A DNA stretch of 64,000 bases from Selaginella moellendorffii (Eukaryota > Plantae > Lycopodiophyta), in the NCBI RefSeq assembly GCF_000143415.4, contig NW_003314280.1, positions 1,612,894 to 1,676,893 on the forward strand. The letters are read 5' to 3'. The position numbers and the translations under genes were made by a program. Below are positions 38,723 through 49,496 of this stretch, piece after piece. The first letter of the stretch is position 1. Every line of letters starts with the position of its first letter. The notes beneath the pieces were generated by a model. That model had not been told where the DNA came from. It saw only the letters and a list, made by a program, of their open reading frames with translations, and ran no database searches.

Positions 38723-39307
38723 GTACTTCATTGTTTTAAGTTTAGCAGTGCAAGGTGGCCATAAATTCCCTCTCGTAGTTTTTCTTCCTCATGCTCATTC
38801 TTTCTCCAAGAATTTTGTGTCGTTCCTTGCAAGATGAATCCTGTTTATCCAATGTTATGGCAGATTTTATAATTTTACAGCCAAATAGAAAAGAGGTAAT
38901 TTATATATCTAATGAGAAATTGTTTTATATCTGAAAAAGAACATATATTTAACAACAAGCTTTCCTTTTGATTGACATTGCATTGTCCACCATGAAGCTA
39001 TCCACTATAAGACACTTTGTTAGAAAAAACTCACACTAGAATAAACTTCTATTTAAAAATTCTACATAGAACATGCATGTAGAATTTTATATCTTTGAGT
39101 TTTTTTTTTTTTTTTCTGACCAACATAATATCATAATGTTATATAACCTTTGTGTCTGGCTTAGAACTCCTCACGACTCTCCTAAGATAGTGACATGCCT
39201 GAGGTTGGCCAAGGAACAAAGGACTTTTGATTGTTCTGGTTGCTGCTTTGGAGAAGGATTGAAACCAAGCTTATAGTTGACCCAATAAAAATAATCAAAA
39301 TCTTGAC

Positions 39308-41813
39308 ATGAGATGGAGTTTGAGATGGAGTTCAAGATGGATATGAGATGGAGTTCGAGATGGAGTCCAAGGAGTTTGAGATGGACCCGAGATGGAGTCT
39401 GAAATAAAGTCTAAGATAAAGTGAATATAAACTGACAAGCAGGGTAGGTTGGTGAAGTGTTCAAGAGTCAACTCTAGCTCCTCTAGGAGATCAAAAGGTC
39501 GATACTCCCAATCTGGGTGGCATTACTTACTTGGATACCTAGCATAGCTCAACAAAACCTTGCTTTAGCCCCATGGCTAGAGCACCCAAAGGCAGATGGT
39601 GGGGAGAGTACCTATGAAACCCATGTAGGGCCACGGTGTTTTGAAATGTTGTCTCAAAGTCCTAGACTAAGGAAAGAAAGAGGAGCAGTCCTCCTGTGTG
39701 GTGACCAAGGATGCAGTCATGTGGCAAGAAAGTCCTAGAAGCTGGTGGGGTATAGTGGTTGGGCCTATAGGCCTTAATCCAATAGTAGTGTTAGCGAACA
39801 TAGCCGTGGACAAAAAGGGACGTGGTAGGGACCAAAAAAGGGATATTAGGGAAGGCTATTCCATATATTTGTAGGCATCTAGAGGATGCTAAGGAGTGGA
39901 TCTAAAATGATCACTTATGGATTGACGACTTAGTTTTTGATAGATAGAATAATGATGTAGGTGGTGTTGGATCACTAATGTGACAAACATGGCATTAGCA
40001 TGACGGGTTGATATGTTAGTGGTACCTTTAGGTGTCGGTCATAGGATTAGACATGTGGAGCACTTGGACCAAGTGCAATGGTTGAGTGGCATGGATGCCA
40101 TTCTCGAGGCTAGTAAGTCCCTAAGTTCAGAATAAGATTTATAGATGTTGTGAGTGAGACTCCTCCAAATGGTCAGATGTGTGGTTAAGTGATTAAAGTA
40201 GAATGGAAAATTTAGTCTCTTACACAAACTTGGTGCCATTTGCATCAAAGTGGCACTGAGGACATGGTGAATGACACTTAATCTCAATTGCTATGGACTT
40301 TTGGCTGGAAGGGCTAGCTTGGGCACATCACAAAGTGTGGGGGATATTTCTGGGGTTGTCAATAACTTAGAGGTTTAATAGTCCTAGTGTTTATTGGTAA
40401 ACCTATTAAATTATTTATGTGGGATCACTAGGTGATATCATGATTGATAATCAAGGAAAAACTCCTTGGTGGGTTAAGGAATGGTGTTACTAGTTCAAAG
40501 TAGTGATTTAAATATAACACATAAGGGAAATAAGCTATGGTAATGCATTATAAGTCCAAGAAAGTAGTCTTTAAGAAAGGACCCATAGAATGGTCACAAC
40601 ATTGGTTGTGGATAAGGCCTATAACAAAAAATGTTAGGGAGACTTATTAGGGGTGAATACCCTCTGAACTTGACAAACTAGAGCCTTTGTTATAGAACTA
40701 AAAGGATATATCAAATATGGAGGTAGTGATCTTATGTTGCTTGGTACAACAGTTAAAGGATAAAAGCAAAAGACTAGTGGCCAAGAATGTACTAGAAGGA
40801 ATCTAAACAATAAATTAGACGAAGAACATTCATATAATGGATGCTAACGGATTGTGAGAAAGAAAATATATTTCCAAAGATGGATTTTTCAAATGCTCCA
40901 ATGTAGCAAAGGCAAAAGCTCAAAGAGATGGAGCAACAAGGTAGCGAAATAATAGAGCTATGAACAGCCCTAACACAAATTATAGAGAAATGGAACTTAA
41001 TGCCTAGGATAGCACGAAGTAAAAGAAAGGATGATAATGCCCTCAATTGAAGGACTTCCTAGGATGGGGAATTGGAATTTGCATAACATGTGTAATGCAA
41101 GATGTCGGAAACACCAAAAAAATTGACTCGAGAAATCAATATTATAATTCCAAAGTATAATAGTTATGTTGATGAAGGCTGGGACTACTCCGGAATGAAT
41201 AGTAATGTTGAGGTATGGCACCTCAATCCTTGTCGTCTTTGTGGCTCTGCTCATGTCATAAGCTCTCTCTCTCTCTCCATGCTCTAGCTCAAAATACAAA
41301 ATGTAGAACTCTTGATATTTCACCCTTGTAGGACTTTTATACAACCATTTGGATTATCCTAAGAATCAAAATATTCCCCTCTCTCTCCCTCTCTTAAGAT
41401 GCTCATAGCTGCAATTAGGGAGTAGGAGTGGGAGCAGGAGTGAGTAAGAGTAGGAGTAGGAGTAGAAGCGAGAGTAAAAGTAGGAGTAGATGGGGTGAGT
41501 CGAAGCCTATAGTTGCAATAATAAGATTGAGATAAAAAAAAGTGTCTCTAACAAGTTTGAGAACTAAATGAACAAAGGAAGAGAACTATCATATGTGATC
41601 TAATGAGACTCTAAGTTTAAGAAATTATGCTCCTTAGAGGATGGGAAATGCATATTGAGCCTTTACTATCGAGTCAATGACAAATATTGGCTTAGTGCTA
41701 AAGAAAATGGTAATCTATGATGGGGTTACTTTATGAAATGGTTTATTGTTTGATGAGGATATTGAACTTTGTCTATGGGTGGTAGGGTTATGAGACACAA
41801 ATCCCTAAGCCCC
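39308..41813 (+). mobile_element. Family A copy A2: partial 5' LTR (to 40224), internally deleted body, first ~24 nt of the 3' LTR
   Basis: Colinear with A1 except a ~2.7-kb deletion after the PBS. It ends ATCCCTAAGCCCC at the C insertion and carries a ~315-bp insertion at 41206-41519. Confidence 0.85.
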
Positions 41814-43909
41814 TGTAGCCCACCTGAATTTGGAGCTGAACTCCAAGCCCATTGCGCTATGAAACGAGGGTCCGGTACAATCCCACGAGCACTAGCTCCC
41901 CGTATCCAGCACCTGCACGCAAAATGGTATCAGACAGAGTCTGGCACAATTTTGGCATACCGGTGGCCTAACGCAAGGAGGAGGGTACTCCACCGACTAG
42001 AGCAGCGTGGAGCTTGAGCTTAGACCCCAGTCGGACGTAGAACAAGGAGCGACACAGCTCAGCGGGAGCCAAACTAATGTCTCAAGTGGTCGAACATGCA
42101 TTCCAACCACTATCCTTACTATACATTTGGAACCCCCCATAGCCCCCCCCCTCCCCTCGTGAGGGACACACACTTTGGGCTTTCACCCCAAGCCTCCCTT
42201 AGCACCAGGAGTTAGTCTCTGGGACAAGTCCAAAACTTACTAAATATGGAATGGCCTTAGATTGCAAATTTGGACACGGGACGAACACCATTGTGTTCAA
42301 GCCGATCTTTACATTCTGTAGATATGCCAAATGAGCGAATCTAGACACTTTCCATAAATAGCATTTGGGACCGAAATGAGACTAACACAAAGGGCGTGAT
42401 AGCGAGGGTGTTTGGCAGACACGGTAAACTATCATCCGGCAATATTGAGGGACTAGTCTCAATATGCGAGGGTTCTTGTCACTAGTCAGTGCAAGACATA
42501 ACAAGATGGGAACTCCTTACCGGGCTAAGTATGCTTAGCTAATAGCACGTAGGAATTCCGTCCTTATGCTCGTCCAGTCTAAGTACACTCAAAATGCCCA
42601 GTTAACTCCACTAGCACAAGAGGGGCTACTAAAGGGATCCAACTGTATCGACCTCCTGCCGTCATGGCCGTAAGGAAAGAGTGTCCGTAAGGACTGGTTG
42701 ACAAGTATCTTTCGATACCCGAAGTCACATTTGTGACACTCTGCCCCCCTTGGGGAAGATCAACGTCCTCGTCGATGTATACCTGAGTCTAGCAAACCGT
42801 CAAGGAAACAACCCCGAAAGTTAACGGAAAGCACACTATGTGGGAAACACACCGACTTAAATGAGTTATGGAACAACCTCTCCTCTACGTCCAAAGACAT
42901 TAAAACTCAAACACCCTCCGACCGTCGCCGACAAGGAATCAACTAATAGAGTTAGCCACCCTTGTTGCTCCAAGTACCACTCAGCTTACAAAGGAATGAT
43001 ACATCCCTGCCCGCAGAGACATAGGGAGAAGGCCAGAGGCCCAACTTCCCCTAAGCAAGAAATCAACCCCGTTGGGAACATTTGGACAACTACTATAAAC
43101 TGGCAGATTAAGTTGTTTACACAACCACGCCCCTTTGTCAAAAATGAGTCATCGAGAGAGAGGCGAGGACTTGTGATCAGTCTATAATAGTTATCCCCAT
43201 GGTTATGGATTGAACCCATGCACCGAAGTGCCGAAGTCAACCTGCCAAAACTGACCCAAGTACAAATGAACAAATGAAACGACACTTTGTTTGAAAGAAA
43301 TATATTGCTTTATTGATTTGCAAGATTTATTACAAGGTTTTTTTACAAAAACTAGTCTTTATTACTATTCTCATACTCCGTGACAAGTTTACGAGCATGT
43401 GTAAGATTCCTAAGAGGCTCCCAAGTTGATTCACAAGTTGGGTAACCTTTCCACTTAACTAGATATTCCTTCACACGAGCTCGTCTCTGGAATCGGGAAT
43501 CCAAGATAGCTTCCACTTCGTATTCTGGTTCACCGTCTACAACATCTGGTGGCGGACGAATCTCCCCTTGACGTGCAACATCAATGGTGTAAGGAGCCAA
43601 TAGATTGGCATGAAATACATTATGAATATTGGACATCTCCGCAAGCAGATCCAACCAATAGGATACATCCCCAATGCATTTGAGCACCCGATAAGGTTCA
43701 ACATATCTCGGCAAGAGCTTCCGAGACAAAGAACCCTTAATGTTCAAGTTTCGGGAAGATAGCCACACCTGATCTCCCACTTGATAGGATACATCCCGAC
43801 GATGCTGATCCTTATCACGTCGATACCTATCCTGAGCTTTGCCCATCGCCTTAGTAGCTCTAGACCAACCTTAGCATAGCTGCTCCATATAAGTTTCAAC
43901 TGCTGGGAC
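41814..43909 (-). mobile_element. Family C chromovirus, 3' half (integrase C-terminus, chromodomain, 3' UTR, 3' LTR 41814-42738)
   Basis: GPY/F-like module and chromodomain; PPT adjacent to 42739; LTR homologous to the 12200-12321 stub and to B LTRs. Confidence 0.9.
43352..43909 (-). pseudogene. C integrase C-terminus with group I chromodomain
   Basis: YQVGDQVWL...IHNVFHANLL...EYEVEAILDSR...YLVKWKGYPTCESTWEP; aromatic cage residues intact. Confidence 0.9.
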
Positions 43910-44306
43910 TGTCAAGACCCCCAACAAGATCAAGACTGGAAAATGTAAAAGACAAGAGAAAAGCTAGTGAATAACAAAGAAGAGGCCTTAGACTGGTGTT
44001 GATTCAAATTGTGGAGAAATGGAACAAGGCTAACCTATATATATTATAAGTTGATGAAGCTCCACCACTCTTGGATCAAGGACGGCCCAAATATAGTTGA
44101 GGTTGAGGAGGCACCACATCATCATCAGGAATGTGGCTCGAGACTCAGGAATCGTATGGGAAGTTGAGAGTCAAGAATAGGGAAGTGTCTTGAGAGTCAG
44201 GAATAGGGAAGTGTCTCGAGAGTCAGGAATGTGGTCTGCAGGTCAGGAATCCAGCGAGAGTCAGGAATGTGGCAAGAATTGGGGGATTCCTGACAGCACC
44301 CGCTCC

Positions 44307-47300
44307 TCAAGAACGAGTGGAACAAGGACGTGAATGAGAACGAGGAGAAGGATGAGATGGGCGGCGAGGGACGGGAGATGGAGAAAAAGAATGAGGACTG
44401 GGATGAGAAGGATAGTGGCGGTGGAAGTCCTGAACAAGGTTAGAAGAATGAATCAAGTTGTCCGTAAGTTCCCAAGTGCATTCTTCAGGTCCATAACCCT
44501 TCCAGTCGACCAGATAGTAGAGTTTAGACCGTGAGATCTTGGAATCAAGGATGTCCTGAACCTCGTACTCAGACCCATCCTCGAGCTTCACTGGTGGAGG
44601 CAGAGGAATGACCCAATTTGGAATAGGACTGGGAATATAAGGCTCAAGGAGGGAGGAGTGAAAAACGGGGTGAATTTGATATGAGGAGGGAAATGCAAGG
44701 CGATAAGTGACAGGATTAATGATGGCAGTGATAGGGAAAGGACCGAGGTGTTTGAAATCGAGTTTGGGACATGGCCTGGTGGTGGAGATATTTCGCCTGA
44801 GGAGCCAGACTTTATCCCCAATATTGTAAGGGGGACAATCCTGACGATGGACATTGGCAAATGTTTTGTGAGAGTCCTGAGCACGATGGAGGTGGAAGGA
44901 GATGGAGTTGTGGATTTCCTGGAGGTTGGAGATAAATGTCTCAGAGCAGGGATTAGAATGAGAGGATTCAGATGGAGAAGGAAGTGAGAGATTGAATCGG
45001 GGATTTCGGCCAGAGTTCGCAAAGAAGGGGGAAACACGAAGAGAGGAGTGAACAGAGTTGTAATAGGAGAATTCAGCAACGGGAAGGATATCGAACCACT
45101 CATTCTGATGATAGTTGATGAAGCACCTCAGGAATTTTTCCAACGTCTGAATCGTTTGCTCGGACTGTCCATCAGTTTGAGGATGATATGCCGAAGAGAG
45201 GTTGGCCTTCACTTCAAGCAGCTGCAGAAACCGTTGCCAGAAATGAGAGATGAACTGAGGTCCCCGATCCGAAACCACATCTACAAGAATCCCATGAAGT
45301 CGGAAAATTTCCCCAAATACCAGTTTTGCCATGTCCTCGCCCGAAAACTCCTTGGTACACGGCAGGAAGTGCGCCATCTTTGTGAAGCGATCCACCACGA
45401 CTAAAATGCTATTGAAGCCTCCAGAACTTGGGAGATCACTCAAGAAATCCATGGAGATGGATTCCCAAGGACTTGAAGGGACCGGGAGGGAACGAAGCAA
45501 ACTTGAAGGAAGGTGGCGAGGTACCTTATTTCGGGCGCAAGTGTCACAAGAGGTAACAAAAGCTTTGATGTAGTCATCCATGTGAGGCCACCAAAAGTCT
45601 CGTGCAACCAGCTCATAGGTTTTTGCAATGCCGAAGTGACTAACAGTCGGGCTATCATGGCACGCCATCAGGACCAACCGTCTAGCATCACCTTTAGGAA
45701 CATAAAGCTCCTCCCCACGGTACAACAAGCCATCTAAGAACTCGAACTCGTCAAATCTCCGGCAATCGGGAGTCACTGGGTGTCCAGCCTGAAGATGGGG
45801 GAAAATGTCGCTGGCGAGGTCATCCGATTGAAGATTGTTTCTGATCGCATCCATCAAGGAGGAGTCCTGAGGGGCCAAAGAAATTGCCATAACTTGAAGC
45901 CGATCAGGACCGAGGATAACTTGATCCTGTTGATCGAAGGCAGGATTACCAGGCTTGAGATTGAGATAGGAGTGCCTTGAAAGAGCATCAGGAAGGCCTT
46001 GAAGCTTTCCAGGTCTGTACTTGATAACAAAGTCAAACCGACTCAGGAATTGTGCCCACCTTGCTTGACGACGGCTCAAAACTCGAGAAGTGGCAAAGTA
46101 CTCGAGATTTTTGTGATCCGTCCAGACTGTTGTTTGATGGCCTGCCCCCTCCAAGAAACGGCGCCACTCTCCAAAAGAATCCACGATGGCAAGAAGCTCC
46201 TTGTCGTGGATTTCGTAATTGATCTCTACAGGCTGGAATTTCCGAGAATGGAAAGCGACCGGATGAAGTTCTTGATCCGCTCCGAGTTGAGACAGCACAG
46301 CACCGATGGCAAAGTTGGAGGCGTCAACCTCGATCAAGAAAGGTTGTGAGGGATCAGTGTGGATCAAGATGGGAGCAGAACTGAAGGCCGCCTTGAGTGT
46401 GTCGAAGGCCTGCTAGGCAACAGCAGACCAAGAGAAGGGAATATCCTTGCAAGTGAGATGCGTGAGAGGAAGGACAATGTCAGAGTAGTGATCAATGAAT
46501 TTGCGGTAGAAGTTGGCGAAGCCAAGGAAAACTTGAACGTTTGACATTGATTGTGGAGGCTCCCATTCGAGAATAGCCTTGACTTTGGCAGGATCCATCG
46601 TGATACCCTCAAAAGTGACAATGTACCCAAGGAACTCCACAGACTGCTAATTGAAGGAACATTTCTCAAGCTTCACGTATAGGCCGTGTTCTCGCAGCTT
46701 TGCCAGCACCTTGCGTACATGTTCATCGTACTCCTCCTGAGTTTTCGAGTAGATGAAGATGTCATCGAGGTAGACGATCACCATCTGATCAAGAAACTCC
46801 CAAAAGATGTCGTTTGCTATGTGTTGGAAAACTTCTAGAGCATTTGTCAAGCCAAACGGCATGACAGTATACTCGAAGTGGCCATAGCGGGTTCGGAACC
46901 CAGTCTTCCATTCATCACCAGGCCGGATGTGGATCAAGTTGTATGCTCCACGGAGGTCGATCTTAGTGAAGAAGCGGGCACCGCCAAGGCGTTCCAACAG
47001 GTCCGAGATCAGGGGCAGCGGATAACGGTTCCGAACAATCACCTTGTTCAAACCTCGGTAGTCGATGACTAGCCACAAACTCCCATCCTTCTTCTTGACA
47101 AAGAAGACAGGCGCTCCAACCGGGGACTGCAAATGCTGAATATACCCCAAGGCAAGGTTCTCATCCACGTAATCTTTGAGGGCCTGAAGCTTGGACGGGG
47201 ATAACCCGTAGATAGGCCCCCACGGAGGTGATGCTCCTTCCTGTAAATCAATGGGACAGTCATAAGGCCAATGAACAGGCAGTACACTAGCTTTTTTCTT

Positions 47301-48077
47301 GTCAAACACATCCCCAAAATCATGATACTTCTCAGGAAGACTGACAGGAGAAACATGCAAAGCAAAAAGGAAAATAGGGTCTTCATGAAGTTCTTTCATA
47401 GTGATTGTGGAGATAGGAAGAGGTGTACAACTAAATGGAATGATGAGATGAGGATACTGTCCAGTGTAAGATGGAAGAGAGGAAAAAGAAGAGGGTGAAA
47501 AATTTGTAGAGTCAGGAATAGATCCCCGATTTGAGTTTAGGGAACTTTTCCTGATTCGGACTCAATGAACAGCAGGGGAAGCCATGGAAGATGGTGATGT
47601 GGGAGAGACGAGCTGTAATTCCTTCCAACAGATCTGAGGCTGATGTAATTGGAACCAAGGGAGGCCAAGCACCACAGAGGAGGACTTGCTGTTGATGATG
47701 TTGAAGGCGATATCAGTGACGGTGGACCCGATCTGTACTCGAACGGGCAACGTTTCCCTAAGTCTAGAAGAGGGAGACACAAAATGCCCGCCAATACCTT
47801 CAACCCGCAGATCCCGTATGGTAGGAGAAAGAGGAACGTGATGTCGGGCAACAAAGTCCGTATCCATGAAGCAAGAAGTTGCACCTGAGTCTAGTAGCGC
47901 CAGAGCCTTGAGTCCTGATTGTCCGGTGAAAGAAAGGAGACATGGGACGCGGAAGTTGCGGGAATTGGTGGTGGCTTTGATGAAAGGTGGTGAGGAGCTT
48001 GATAAAGAAGAGAAGTGATTTTTATTCGGGGAGTCCAAACAGACAACTCCTACTCTGTTTGGACAGGGTCGTTTCCC
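44307..48077 (-). pseudogene. D1 pol (protease LLDSGAT, RT YLDD, RNase H, integrase, chromodomain)
   Basis: 686-aa open RH-INT-CHD frame at 44307-46367 plus RT 46647-47399 and PR 47562-48143; a few stops and frameshifts. Confidence 0.92.
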
Positions 48078-49021
48078 GACTGCAACAGAGGTGGACTTTG
48101 AGACAGAGTGAACTTGAGCAGTCGGGGAGGCTTCTTGGGACACACAGCTGCTTTGTGATTAGGATCAGCACAGTAGAGGCAAAGATTATGAGATATTCGA
48201 CATTGCTTCTCAGTAGGACTCAACTTCCCTCTAATGAGTCGGGGAGTACCAAAAATATCCATCGGGACCGGAGCAGTAGGTTTAGGAGTATGCCCTGAAG
48301 ACTCAAGCTGGGATTCCTGAGTCTGGGACAGGAAAACGGCGGCACGACGACTTTCCTGACGACGTTCAAAAAGACGATTGTCGCATCGAATAGTTTTGTT
48401 GATGGCATCCAACAAGTCCGTGGGATCCTCCATGGTGAGCAACAAATCCTTGACACTGTTGTTGAGGCCGAAACGAAATTGATCAATCAAGGCCCGCTCA
48501 TCCCACTAAGTGTCCAAGGCAAGGAGTTGAAACTCTGCAGCATAGATCGAGGCAGGACGAGACCCTTGAGAGAGATGTCTCATCTTTGTGGTGGCAGCCC
48601 GAACCCGATCCGTCTCGCCAAAACATGCTTCGAGCTTCTCTTTGAACAATTGAAGATCCATCAGCTCCGGAACCACGACCCCTTTCATGCTCTTCTCCAG
48701 GAGAGGAGAAAACCATGACAAAGCTACACCTTCGAGCAACGTCCCAATCGCACTGATTTGAGACTCGCGAGTGGGGTACTGCTGATGTTGAAGTGCGAAG
48801 ATCAGCTCCATCTGGTTTAGGAATCCACGAAGCTCCGAACGCTTCCCTGAAAATTTCACCGGGAAACTCACCTTCGGTTTAGGAACTTTGCTAGATCCTT
48901 GAACCAAAAGTGAAGCAAGCTCCTGCTGCATGCGAAGAAGGGTCACCTTCAGCTCGGTATTCTCAGACTGGATTTTTGCAAGGACTTCAGCAAAGAAATC
49001 AGGATGGCTTGGAGAATCCAT
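48050..49021 (-). pseudogene. D1 gag (PEG10/sushi-like capsid, CCHC knuckle CLYCADPNHKAAVC)
   Basis: ATG at 49021 (MDSPSHPDFF), one premature TAG at 48506, ends SGNDPVQTE. Confidence 0.88.
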
Positions 49022-49496
49022 TGGAAAAGAAGAAAGAAAAAAGGGGGAAAAAATGCAAAGGCAATCAAACAATCAAAACGAGCTAAAGCAAAAAACGAAA
49101 AAGCACAATCTGAATCAAATTGTCAAGACCCCCAACAAGATCAAGACTGGAAAATGCAAAAGACAAGAGAAAAGCTAGTGAAGAGGCCTTAGACTGGTGT
49201 TGATTCAGATTGTGGAGAAATGGAACAAGCCTAACCTATATATACTATAGGTTGATGAAGCTCCACCACTTTTGGATCGAGGACGGCCCAAATATAGTTG
49301 AGGTTGAGGAGGCGCCATATCATCATCAGGAATGTGGCTCGAGACTCAAGAATCGTATGGGAAGTCGAGAGTCAGGAATAGGGAAGTGTCTCGAGAGTCA
49401 AGAATAGGGAAGTATCTCGAGAGTTAGGAATGTGGTCTGCAGGTCAGGAATCCGGTGAGAGTCAGGAATGTGGCAAGAATTGGGGGATTCCTGACA

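Larger units (their letters stand above)
43910..49496 (-). mobile_element. Family D chromovirus (Tcn1/Tf1-like), full-length copy D1 with non-matching flanks
   Basis: LTRs 43910-44295 and 49121-49496, PPT TGAGGAGCGGG, order gag-PR-RT-RH-INT-chromodomain. The left flank belongs to C and the right flank to E. Confidence 0.93.

Noticed and set aside
41924-41936. TGGTATCAGA as a Met PBS
   Set aside because: It lies inside the C LTR on the wrong strand and aligns with non-PBS sequence in B LTRs.
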